Assembly: GCA_902462205.1 (NCBI GenBank)
Contig: CABQAR010000003.1
Span: forward strand, 9,982-73,981
Reading direction: 5' to 3'
Length of the DNA stretch: 64,000 bases
Origin: an uncultured Dialister sp.
Lineage (GTDB): Bacteria; Bacillota; Negativicutes; Veillonellales; Dialisteraceae
Positions 9,224 through 18,505 of this stretch are shown one piece after another (position 1 is the first letter of the stretch; the number at the start of each line of letters is the position of its first letter). Position numbers and translations under genes: made by a program. Below the pieces are notes generated by a model that saw only the letters and a list, made by a program, of their open reading frames with translations, did no database searches and was not told the origin of the DNA.

Positions 9224-10910
9224 AATGAGGAATTTGGAATTAGGAATGAGGAATTGCGGTGCACCGCAACAGATGATATAGCGGTGAGATTTAGTAGGCA
9301 GTGGTCAGAAGACAGATATCAGAAGTCAGAAGATAGAAAACAGTAGTTAATTGATAGTTCTTAATTATTAGTTTTACTTGTGAAAATAAATGAATTGAAG
9401 CCATATGTATGTTAAATTCCTGCCGTCATCCTCGAGCGGTGGGAAGAATAGAATGTTTGCAGATGTGTATCTTGGATAAGACGATGAGCGAAGGATCTGG
9501 TATAGGATAATGGAATTAAACACTGAACAAGAAAGCTTCCCCTGCAAATCAGGGGAAGTGTCAGCAGCGCTGACGATAGGGTCAAGTTGGGGCAGATTGG
9601 AAAAAGTGTATATACGCTTGCCCCTATCGACGGCTGTGCCGCCACTTCCCCCGCGTGCGGTGGAAGCCTGCGGATTGTATTTAACGACTGCAACCCTTGC
9701 CTAAATTCTTACCGCTCCCTTCGGTCGGGTATGGTGTTTCACAGATTTTTGTGCGTCATTTCATTTCTTCAAAAATCGTTCGCTTGCCATCGCTCCTTTT
9801 CATATGTATTCTCACGAAAGTGAACATTGTATTTACCCACCGATCGAGAATGACGGGCAGGGGCGATTTGCCTTTATCAGTATTTCTTACTTGCTGTCAT
9901 CCTCGAACGGAATGGAGCACCGCGGAATGTAGTGAAGGATCTGGCATAGGATAATGGAATTAAATACTGAACAAGAAAGCTTCCCCTGCAAATCAGGGGA
10001 AGTGTCAGCAGCGCTGACGATAGGGTCAAGTTGGGGCAGAGCGGAAAAAGTGTATACTCATGTTTGCTCCTATCCCTGCCATACGGCAGTACTTCCCCCG
10101 CGTACGGTGGAAGCATTCGAGTTGTATTTAGAAGCTGTAACCTCTGCCCGGATTCTTACTACTCCCATAAGAGTAGTAAATGAAAAAGCCCTCTTCTTCA
10201 GAAGAGGGTGGCGGCGCAGCCGTCGGGTGGTGCCTTCCGGGAGGACGAGAGTGAATCTGTCCCAGAAATGGGGATAGTAATTAGTTGTCAGCAGTCCGCA
10301 ATCAGTAATTACCTGCTTGCCATCGCTCTTTTTCATATGTATTTTCGCAGAAGCAAACATTCTATTTTACCCACCGATCGAGAATGACGGGCAGGGGCGA
10401 TTTGTCTTTATTAGTATTTCTTACTTGCCGTCATCCTCGAACGGAATGGAGCACCGCGGAATGTAGTGAAGGATCTGGCATAGGATAATGGAATTAAATA
10501 CTGAACAAGAAAGCTTCCCCTGCAAATCAGGGGAAGTGTCAGCAGCGCTGACGATAGGGTCAAGTTGGGGCAGATTGGAAAAAGTGTATACTCATGTTTG
10601 CCCCTATCCCTGCCATACGGCAGTACTTCCCCCTTGTACGGTGGAAGCATTCAAGTTGTATTTAGAATCTGTAACCGCTGTTCGGATTCTTACTACTCCC
10701 ATAAGAGTGGTAAATGAAAAAGCCCGCTTCTTCAGAAGAGGGTGGCAGTCGAAGACTGACGGGTGATGCCCTCCGTGATGATGAGAGTGAACTTGTCCCT
10801 GAAACGGGACAGAAAAATTAGAAATTCCAAATTAAGAATGAGGAATTGTGGTGTGCCGCGACAGCATAATGACGGCGGAATTAGCAGCTGGCAGCTGTTG
10901 GCTGATCGCG
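9224..10910. repeat. Non-coding composite repeat array: three direct copies of a nested palindromic (REP/REPIN-like) unit, plus heptamer tracts
   Basis: GAAGGATCTGG.ATAGGATAATGGAATTAAA...GCTTCCCCTGCAAATCAGGGGAAGTGTCAGCAGCGCTGACGATAGGG recurs with its ATG at 9510, 9954 and 10488 (spacings 444 and 534 bp). Confidence 0.92.
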
Positions 10911-10941
10911 TTTGAAACCTGTGTCGGATCGTGATTTTTAT

Positions 10942-10970
10942 TTGACATCACCTTGACATTCCTGTAAAAT
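10942..10970 (+). promoter_or_regulatory. Sigma-A/70 promoter of the flavoprotein-purB-purA operon
   Basis: TTGACA (10942-47), 17 bp, TAAAAT (10965-70). Confidence 0.8.
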
Positions 10971-10977
10971 TTAATAA

Positions 10978-11020
10978 GGGATATATATAAGTATCTTCGC
11001 CCCCGTCAGGGGCTTTTTTT
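10978..11020 (+). promoter_or_regulatory. Short 5' leader with intrinsic terminator (candidate attenuator)
   Basis: GGGATATATATAAGTATCTTC GCCCC-CGTCA-GGGGC TTTTTTT between the promoter and the first start codon (11075). Confidence 0.75.
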
Positions 11021-11074
11021 ATGCCCTTTTGAAGAAAAATTTAAACTTGTTATCATTTGACAAAGGGTGAGTGC

Positions 11075-12475
11075 ATGGGTAAATCGTATGATGTGATTGT
11101 GATCGGCGCGGGTCCGGCAGGGATATTCACTGCCCTTGAACTGGCGGATACGGGCGCTTCCGTATTGATTCTGGAAAAGGGGCTGGACATCCGGGAACGG
11201 ATCGCCCTCAATAAGGATCGGAATGCGCCACCGAAGGAACGACGGACGAATATCGTCTGCGGATGGGGCGGAGCCGGGGCTTTCTCTGACGGGAAGCTGA
11301 CGCTCACCACCGATTACGGCGGCAATCTGGATGATTACATGAATAAAGGAGAGCTGGCGCACCTGATATCTTATGTGGATTCTGTGTACTGCCGGTTCGG
11401 CGGTGCGGAGCGGAAGGTGTACGGCGATGAATTCGCCGATGAGCTCCACGAATTGAAACGAAAGGCGGCCGCCGCCGACCTGATGTTCATTCCTGCGCGT
11501 ATCCGCCATCTGGGGACGGATGTGAACGGAGAGATTCTTGCCAATATGCGTGATTCCCTGCCGTCCAATGTGACGGTCCTTTCCCAAACGCCGGTGGAAC
11601 GGATTCTTGCGGAAGAGGATGGAAATATCCTTGGCGTGGAAGCCGGCGGAGAAACGTACCGCTGCAAATATCTGGTGGCGGCTCCCGGCCGCGAGGGCGC
11701 GGAATGGTTCATGAAGGAAGCCCATTCGCTGGGCCTCCGGACGCAGTCGAATGCGGTGGATATCGGTGTCCGCGTGGAATCTCCGGCGGAAGTGTATGAA
11801 CCGATCACGAAAATCTGTTATGAATCGAAGCTGGTTTATTTCTCCCGTTCTTTTGATGACCGGGTCCGTACGTTCTGCATGAATCCCTACGGATTCGTGG
11901 TGACGGAAAATAATGACGGGCTCCAGACGGTGAACGGCCATTCTTTCGCCCATAAGAGGAGCGGAAACACCAATTTCGCCATCCTCGTTTCGAAGCAGTT
12001 CACGCAGCCTTTCAATGAACCGATCGCTTACGGCAAATATATCGCCTCTCTGGCAAACATGCTGGGAGGAGGGCCGATCGTCCAGCGGCTGGGAGATCTC
12101 CGTGACGGCAGGCGCTCCACCGAGGAACGCATCCGGCGCGGGCTCGTCCGTCCGACGATGGCTTCGGCGACTCCGGGGGATTTGTCCCTGGTCTTGCCAT
12201 ACCGCTTTTTAAAGGATATCATGGAGATGTTCGAAGCGCTTGATGAAGTGGCGCCCGGTGCAAATTCACGGCATACCCTTCTGTATGGCGTGGAAGTGAA
12301 ATTCTATTCTTCCCGCATCGAACTGACGAACCAGTTGGAAACGAAATTCAAAAATTTCTTCGCTATCGGCGATGGAGCCGGCATTACCAGAGGACTGGCA
12401 CAGGCCTCGGCAGCCGGAGTGGTGGTGGGCAGAGAAATCTGCGCCCGTGAAGGGAAACCGAAAGGGGATATGTAA
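11075..12475 (+). CDS. Uncharacterised FAD-dependent oxidoreductase (COG2509-like)
   Basis: GAGPAG Rossmann motif, 'GWGGAGAFSDGKL', 'RTFCMNPYG.V', 'VNGHS', 'GVEVKFYS', 'GDGAGITRGL'. Confidence 0.88.
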   Translation: MGKSYDVIVIGAGPAGIFTALELADTGASVLILEKGLDIRERIALNKDRNAPPKERRTNIVCGWGGAGAFSDGKLTLTTDYGGNLDDYMNKGELAHLISYVDSVYCRFGGAERKVYGDEFADELHELKRKAAAADLMFIPARIRHLGTDVNGEILANMRDSLPSNVTVLSQTPVERILAEEDGNILGVEAGGETYRCKYLVAAPGREGAEWFMKEAHSLGLRTQSNAVDIGVRVESPAEVYEPITKICYESKLVYFSRSFDDRVRTFCMNPYGFVVTENNDGLQTVNGHSFAHKRSGNTNFAILVSKQFTQPFNEPIAYGKYIASLANMLGGGPIVQRLGDLRDGRRSTEERIRRGLVRPTMASATPGDLSLVLPYRFLKDIMEMFEALDEVAPGANSRHTLLYGVEVKFYSSRIELTNQLETKFKNFFAIGDGAGITRGLAQASAAGVVVGREICAREGKPKGDM

Positions 12476-13768
12476 ATGATTCCAAGGTACACAAGGCCTG
12501 AAATGGCAAAAATCTGGGATGAAAGAAATGAATGGCAGACCATGCTTGATGTGGAAATAGCAGCCTGCGAAGCCAATGCGGAACTGGGCCGCATTCCGAA
12601 GGAAGCGGTGGAAGTCATCAAGGAGAAAGCCAATTTCGATGTGGAACGCATCCATGAAATCGATCGTGAAATCAACCATGACATCATCGCGTTCCTTTCC
12701 GCCGTCGGTGAGTATGTGGGCGATGAAGCCAAGTACATCCATATGGGGATGACCTCCACCGATGTGAAGGATACGGCGCTCAACGTGCAGATCAAGCAGG
12801 CCTCCGGCGTCCTCATCGCCGATTTGGAAAAATTGGCGGAAGTGCTGAAAAGAAGGGCCGTGGAATTCAAATACGTACCGACCATCGGCCGTACCCATGG
12901 CGTCCATGCGGAACCGACCACTTTCGGTCTGAAAATCCTTCTCTGGTACAGTGAAACTTTGAGAAATATAGAAAGAATGAAACGGGCCGCAGAGGAGATG
13001 GCTGTCGGCAAGCTGTCCGGCGCCGTCGGCACCTATGCGGATATCGACCCGTACGTGGAAGAATACGTCTGCAAAAAAATGGGGCTCACCCCTGAAATCG
13101 TGGCCACGCAGGTTGTACAGCGCGACCACCACGCGGAATATATCACGACCCTCGGCGTCATTGCAGGAACGCTCTCGCAGATCGCGCTGGAAGTGCGCCA
13201 CCTGCAGAGAACGGAAGTGAGGGAGGCGGAAGAATATTTCAGCCCGAAGCAGAAAGGATCCTCCGCGATGCCGCACAAGAGGAATCCGGTCAAATCCGAA
13301 CGCATCTGCGGCATGGCAAGGCTTGTACAGGGATATGCCCTGCCGGCCTTTGAAAATATCCCTCTCTGGCACGAACGGGATATTTCCCACTCCTCCGTGG
13401 AACGCGTCATGATTCCCGATGCGACCACCGCACTGGACTACATCCTCGCCCAGACGACGGACCTGATCGATAAGCTCCTTGTTTATCCGGACAAGATGCT
13501 CGAAGACCTGAATCTGACCGGTGGACTTATTTACAGCCCCCGCGTCCTCCTTGCCCTTGTCGCCAAAGGTGCGTACCGCGACACCGCTTACCGCTGGGTA
13601 CAGCGGAACGCGATGAAACGCTGGCTCGATGGGGAAGATTTCTATGAAAACCTCTGCAAGGATGAAGATGTCAGGAAATATCTGACGCCCGAGGAAATCA
13701 AGGCGTGCTTCGACTACAAGCCGATGCTCACCCATGTGGATGAAATATTTGCAAGATTCGGACTGTAA
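12476..13768 (+). CDS. purB: Adenylosuccinate lyase
   Basis: 'MIPRYTRPEM', 'GRTHGVHAEPTT', signature 'GSSAMPHKRNP'. Confidence 0.97.
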   Translation: MIPRYTRPEMAKIWDERNEWQTMLDVEIAACEANAELGRIPKEAVEVIKEKANFDVERIHEIDREINHDIIAFLSAVGEYVGDEAKYIHMGMTSTDVKDTALNVQIKQASGVLIADLEKLAEVLKRRAVEFKYVPTIGRTHGVHAEPTTFGLKILLWYSETLRNIERMKRAAEEMAVGKLSGAVGTYADIDPYVEEYVCKKMGLTPEIVATQVVQRDHHAEYITTLGVIAGTLSQIALEVRHLQRTEVREAEEYFSPKQKGSSAMPHKRNPVKSERICGMARLVQGYALPAFENIPLWHERDISHSSVERVMIPDATTALDYILAQTTDLIDKLLVYPDKMLEDLNLTGGLIYSPRVLLALVAKGAYRDTAYRWVQRNAMKRWLDGEDFYENLCKDEDVRKYLTPEEIKACFDYKPMLTHVDEIFARFGL

Positions 13769-13887
13769 GCAGGAAATGGGAATGGAACCGTTGCCGGCCG
13801 TGCCGGCGATGCGTCCGTTTCCTGTTGTAGGATGGGAAATGGCAGAAAGCGCACGCTCGAAGCCGTATTTGAAAAGGAGAATGTGCA

Positions 13888-15171
13888 ATGGCAACAGCTA
13901 TGGTGATTGGCGCCCAGTGGGGCGATGAAGGCAAGGGGAAGATCGTAGATTATTTAGCAGCGAAGGCTGACGTCGTTGTCCGTTCCCAGGGCGGGAACAA
14001 TGCAGGCCATACCGTCGTTACCGGCGGCAAAGCCTATCCGCTCCGTCTGATGCCGAGCGGCATCATGTATCCGGGGACGATCTGCATCGTAGGAACAGGC
14101 GTTGTGGTCGATCCGAAGAGTTTTCTGGAGGAAATGAAAAAGCTGGAAGATCAGGGAATCAATACGCAGCATCTCCAGATTTCCACCCGCGCCCAGGTCG
14201 TATTCCCGTACCACATCCGTCTGGACGAGGCGGAAGAGTCCAGAAAGGGCAGCCGCAAGATCGGCACCACGAAAAACGGGATCGGCCCGTGCTATGCGGA
14301 CAAGATTAACCGTATCGGCATCCGCATGTGCGACCTTATGGACAGGGAAGTATTCGCGGAAAAACTGAAATACAATGTGGAACAGAAGAACATGCTCCTT
14401 GAAAAGCTGTACGGCATGGAAGGCTTCGATTATGAGCAGATGCTCATGGATTATCTGGACTATGCGGAAAAGCTCCGCCCCTATGTCAGGGATACGAACT
14501 ACACCGTGCAGAAGCTGGTGAAGGAAGGAAAGAACGTCCTCTTCGAAGGCGCCCAGGCGTCCATGCTGGACTGCGACAACGGAACGTATCCGTTCGTTAC
14601 CTCCTCCCATCCGACCGCCGGCGGAGCCTGCATCGGCGCAGGCATCGGACCGCACATGATGCAGAATATCTTCGGTGTCGTCAAAGCGTACAGCACCCGC
14701 GTGGGAGAAGGCCCGTTCCCGACGGAACAGATCAATGAAATCGGCGACCGCATCCGCGATATCGCCCATGAATTCGGCACCGTCACAGGCCGTCCGCGCC
14801 GTGTGGGCTGGCTGGATACAAGGGCTGTCCGTTATGCGGCGGCTCTGAATACCTTCGACTATCTCGCCATCACCAGACTGGACATTCTTGATGCGCTCGA
14901 TGAAATCAAGGTCTGCATCGGTTATGAATATGAAGGCAGGGAAGTGGAAGAATATCCGGCGGACCTGAAATTCCTTGAAAAGGTGACACCGATTTACAAG
15001 ACCTACAAAGGCTGGAAAGAAAAGATCACCGACATCCGTGATTATGACAAGCTGCCTGCGCTGTGCAAGGAATATCTGGCAGATATCTCCAAATATATCG
15101 GAGTGCCGATCGGAATCGTTTCCGTCGGACCGAGCCGCGAGCAGACCATCGTGGTCAAAGAAGTATTTTAA
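13888..15171 (+). CDS. purA: Adenylosuccinate synthetase
   Basis: 'GAQWGDEGKGK', 'GGNNAGHT', 'GTYPFVTSS', 'GTVTGRPRRVGW'. Confidence 0.98.
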   Translation: MATAMVIGAQWGDEGKGKIVDYLAAKADVVVRSQGGNNAGHTVVTGGKAYPLRLMPSGIMYPGTICIVGTGVVVDPKSFLEEMKKLEDQGINTQHLQISTRAQVVFPYHIRLDEAEESRKGSRKIGTTKNGIGPCYADKINRIGIRMCDLMDREVFAEKLKYNVEQKNMLLEKLYGMEGFDYEQMLMDYLDYAEKLRPYVRDTNYTVQKLVKEGKNVLFEGAQASMLDCDNGTYPFVTSSHPTAGGACIGAGIGPHMMQNIFGVVKAYSTRVGEGPFPTEQINEIGDRIRDIAHEFGTVTGRPRRVGWLDTRAVRYAAALNTFDYLAITRLDILDALDEIKVCIGYEYEGREVEEYPADLKFLEKVTPIYKTYKGWKEKITDIRDYDKLPALCKEYLADISKYIGVPIGIVSVGPSREQTIVVKEVF

Positions 15172-15177
15172 ATAAGG

Positions 15178-15220
15178 AAATGCCATGGCAGGTTATTTTG
15201 TATCTGTCATGGCATTTTTT
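15178..15220 (+). terminator. Intrinsic terminator after purA
   Basis: AAATGCCATGGCAG/CTGTCATGGCATTT stem followed by a T run. Confidence 0.75.
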
Positions 15221-15299
15221 GCTGCTATTTTGTATAAACCGTTCGACCGTATATAATGAAACCAGCATATTTCCCGTGTCGTATGTAAAGGATGCCGTT

Positions 15300-16442
15300 A
15301 TGGATAAAAAATCTTTCACCGCTTTATTCTGCACGATGATGCTCCTGTTCAGCAGTACGTATTTCCTTGCCTGCGGGCATGGAGGCTCGGCGTCGGAGGC
15401 AGGACGGACGGAGAAAAAAACGCTGTCCGTTGAAGAAAAGGCGGAGCAGATCGTGGGGAAAATGAGTGATGCGCAGAAAATAGGACAGCTGATGATGATC
15501 GGCATCACGGGAAAAACGATGGATCAGGATGCCCGTTACATGCTGACGGAATTTTCTTTCGGGAACGTCATCCTTTTCGACCGGAACATGGAAACACCTG
15601 AACAGGTGCGGGTATTGAATCAATCTATCCGTGGAACGGTGCTTGCGCAGACCGGGGTGCCGCCGCTGATCGGAGTGGATCAGGAGGGCGGACTGGTATC
15701 CCGCATGACGGATTACCTGCCTGCCATGCCTTCGGCGGAAGCCCTCGGAAAAGGAACCGTGCAGGAGGCGAAGGACTGGAGCGTCAAAACGGGAACGGCT
15801 CTGAAAAAGCTGGGGTTCAATACGAATTTCGCTCCCGTGGTGGATCTGGACTCCGCGTACCACCGTTCGTACGGAAAGACGCCGGAAACGGTGGTTCCCT
15901 TCGCGGAAGCCGTCATTTCTGGCTACGGCAGCCAGGGCATCCATACGGCGCTCAAGCATTTCCCCGGCATAGGGAAGGTAAAGACAGATCCCCATCTGGA
16001 TGGCGACGTGGTCATGATTTCGAGGGGGCAGCTCGATCAGGAGGACGGCGTCCCGTTCAGGGAGCTGATCGGAAGGACTGATCCGGAGCAGACGTTCGTC
16101 ATGGTTTCCAATGTGACTTATCCGAATCTGGATCCCGGAGTGCCGGCCTGTATTTCTTCAAAAATCATGACGGACATCCTGCGCAAATCTTATGGGTTTA
16201 CCGGAATCATCCTTACTGATGACATGGAAATGGGGGCGATGGCCAAACACTATGCGTTCAGGGAAATGGGCGTCAGGGCGGTGGAGGCAGGCGCGGATAT
16301 CGTCCTTGTTTGCCATGATTACGCGCACGGACAGGAAGTGTACAATGGACTGTTGCAGGCCTACCGTAGCGGAATGCTGGACAGGAAAATGATTGATGAC
16401 AAGGTCAAACGGATTGTGAAAATGAAATTGCTGATGCAATGA
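15300..16442 (+). CDS. nagZ: GH3 beta-N-acetylhexosaminidase (NagZ-like), probable lipoprotein
   Basis: 'VDQEGG.V.R', 'KHFPGIG....DPH', 'TDDMEM'; lipobox FLA-C. Confidence 0.85.
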   Translation: MDKKSFTALFCTMMLLFSSTYFLACGHGGSASEAGRTEKKTLSVEEKAEQIVGKMSDAQKIGQLMMIGITGKTMDQDARYMLTEFSFGNVILFDRNMETPEQVRVLNQSIRGTVLAQTGVPPLIGVDQEGGLVSRMTDYLPAMPSAEALGKGTVQEAKDWSVKTGTALKKLGFNTNFAPVVDLDSAYHRSYGKTPETVVPFAEAVISGYGSQGIHTALKHFPGIGKVKTDPHLDGDVVMISRGQLDQEDGVPFRELIGRTDPEQTFVMVSNVTYPNLDPGVPACISSKIMTDILRKSYGFTGIILTDDMEMGAMAKHYAFREMGVRAVEAGADIVLVCHDYAHGQEVYNGLLQAYRSGMLDRKMIDDKVKRIVKMKLLMQ

Positions 16443-16568
16443 AAGGAATGGTCGTAATAGAAAAGCCGCCCGCAGAGGACGGCTTTTTTGATGCTGCTTA
16501 TTGGATGAAATCGGGAAGAAGTGGAATTATTGCCTGTGCATCCCGCCTGTTTCCTGATGGAACATGGG

Positions 16569-17750
16569 TTACAGATAGCGGGAAATATCCCTGCTGCGAA
16601 TCATTCCGGCGGGGATGATTCCGGCTGCCGTCCCAATGAGCGTCATGAGAGGGATGACGAGAAGGCCTTTTGGTTCCGGCGCAGTCGTCATGACGATGGA
16701 GGAATGGTGCATGATGATTCCGGCGGTGAGCAGCGTGGCTCCATAGGCAAGGCACCAGCCGGCGGAGGCGGCGAAAAACAGGAGGAGCGCTTCTTCCCGG
16801 AGGAGCATGCCGGTGATGTGCTTCCTGTCAGCGCCGAGGGCACGGAGAAGGGCGAATTCCTGCATGCGGTTCATGCCGCTCCAGTACATGATGAGGAGGG
16901 TGACGAGGATGGATATGGCGAGGAGGGCCAGAATGATGCTCTGCCAGAATTCCCTGCTTTGGCCGACCATGCTGTACAGGGAAATGACGGACTGCGAGGG
17001 GAAGACCATCTGCATGTCCCTGTTTCTCTGGTAGGTGGCGAGCAGCTCCATGGCTTCCTTATATCCGGCAGGGCTGACAAGTATGGCGGTTACATCTCCT
17101 TTTCCGTAGATCAGCGGATTGTGGCCGTGCGTCCTCCATACGTCCTGGATGTCCGTCAATATGGCGGAATCATAGGGGCCGCCGGCAGGCGACAGGATGC
17201 CGGTGACACGGCAGGGATGTTCATGCTCATGTCCTTTGCCTGCCACGCCGTGGACAGATTTAAAAGTGTCTCCGAGGGCAAGGCCTGTCAGTCTGGCTGT
17301 TTCGCTTCCAATGACGACGTCGCCTTCTTCCTGGAAGCTCCGGCCCTCTTTCAGAGAAAGCCAGGGGGGGAGGTTCTTTTTCGGCTGGTAGCTGAATATT
17401 TCCTCTTCTATGCCGACGATGCGGAAGCCGCGGTAATTATCCCCGAAGGCAAGGGGGTAAACGGCGGCGGCTTTTCCCGTTTGCCGCAGTTCCTCTACCT
17501 TCGCATAAGGAATATTTCCAATCGGCTTGTCTTTCAGAAAGACCGTGTTCAGGACGAGCTGGTAGGCGGAGCCTTTGGCGCCGGCAAGGATTGGGAACGG
17601 TTCCACGGCGTGGTTGATTCCGTTATATAAACCGCCGGTCAGCTGGAGGATGAATACGGGGAGGGAGGAAGCAAAGGCGATGAGGAAGAAGAGGACGCCA
17701 TGGCGGAGCGGACGGCGCAGGAGGGAAAGGAAGGCTAATTTCGTGTACAT
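16569..17750 (-). CDS. FtsX/MacB-type ABC permease (ZrgC-like) with His-rich loop
   Basis: 'AGAKGSAYQLVLNTVF', 'PLAFGDNYRGFRIVG', 'SVHGVAGKGHEHEH', 'EFALLRALGA'. Confidence 0.85.
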   Translation of the reverse strand: MYTKLAFLSLLRRPLRHGVLFFLIAFASSLPVFILQLTGGLYNGINHAVEPFPILAGAKGSAYQLVLNTVFLKDKPIGNIPYAKVEELRQTGKAAAVYPLAFGDNYRGFRIVGIEEEIFSYQPKKNLPPWLSLKEGRSFQEEGDVVIGSETARLTGLALGDTFKSVHGVAGKGHEHEHPCRVTGILSPAGGPYDSAILTDIQDVWRTHGHNPLIYGKGDVTAILVSPAGYKEAMELLATYQRNRDMQMVFPSQSVISLYSMVGQSREFWQSIILALLAISILVTLLIMYWSGMNRMQEFALLRALGADRKHITGMLLREEALLLFFAASAGWCLAYGATLLTAGIIMHHSSIVMTTAPEPKGLLVIPLMTLIGTAAGIIPAGMIRSRDISRYL

Positions 17751-18406
17751 GGCGTACGTCCTTTCTTCAAGGAGAATTTCCGAGGAAACCTGTCCTGCAC
17801 CATGGGGTCATGGGTGGCGCATAAGAGCATGCAGCCGCTTTTTTCCTGATAGTCCAGCAGGAGGGAGAGCAGTAGGTCTCCGTTTTCCCGATCAAGGCTG
17901 GCGGTGGGTTCATCAGCGAGGATGAGCTTCGGCCGCCGTATCATGGCGCGGAGGAAGGAAACCCGCTGCTGTTCGCCTCCGGAGAGCTTGTCCGGCTTTC
18001 GCGGGCCATATCCCTCCAGTCCGACTTTCTTAAGCAGGTTATCCACGTCATGCCCGTCGGCGGATATGCCCGCGAATCCGGCGGAGAGAAGGATATTTTC
18101 CCTGACGGTCAGATAAGGAAGCAGGAGGGAACGCTGGAAAATATATCCCACCGCAGAAGAGCGCCAGCGGTTCCTTTCCTTCTCACTCATTAGGGTGAAA
18201 TCCATTTTGTTGATCAGGATTTGGCCTTCTGTGGGGGAGAGGATGCCGGAAAGGCAGTGGAGGAAAGTCGTTTTCCCGCTGCCTGAAGGACCGATGAGCG
18301 CGACGGCTTCACCTTCACGGAGTGTGAATTCGTCAACAGACAGCGCGCGGATCGTCTGTCCTGCACCATCAGGGAAGTCTCGGATCAGATGGATGACTTC
18401 GATCAA
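17735..18406 (-). CDS. ABC ATP-binding protein (LolD/ZrgB-like)
   Basis: [31 protein letters not shown] start after AGAAAGGA. Confidence 0.92.
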   Translation of the reverse strand: MIEVIHLIRDFPDGAGQTIRALSVDEFTLREGEAVALIGPSGSGKTTFLHCLSGILSPTEGQILINKMDFTLMSEKERNRWRSSAVGYIFQRSLLLPYLTVRENILLSAGFAGISADGHDVDNLLKKVGLEGYGPRKPDKLSGGEQQRVSFLRAMIRRPKLILADEPTASLDRENGDLLLSLLLDYQEKSGCMLLCATHDPMVQDRFPRKFSLKKGRTPCTRN

Positions 18407-18505
18407 AATATTTCCTTTCTGCGACAATCCGCTGTTTTGGTGGCGGAGCGTCATAAAAAGAAAAACCTCTGCGGGGGAGGCAAAGGCTTCTCTTGCTAAA
18501 TCAGG

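Noticed and set aside
9412..10766. Short ORFs in the repeats (MELNTEQESF... x3 and their antisense ORFs)
   Set aside because: They differ in length and diverge after the shared repeat core, conservation follows base pairing rather than codons, and no protein family is recognisable.
9420..10810. CRISPR array interpretation of the repeat region
   Set aside because: Units are 444-534 bp with largely repeated intervening sequence; there is no 25-45 bp repeat with unique spacers and no cas genes.
10978..11060. Purine or ZTP riboswitch upstream of the pur operon
   Set aside because: Only about 20 nt precede the terminator stem, too short for an aptamer, and no consensus motifs are present.
12266..15186. 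Long antisense ORFs (542 aa and 410 aa) and similar shadow ORFs elsewhere (e.g. 5377-6426, 16521-17630, 28578-29654)
   Set aside because: They lie opposite well-supported genes in GC-rich sequence and have no recognisable motifs; they are codon-bias shadows.
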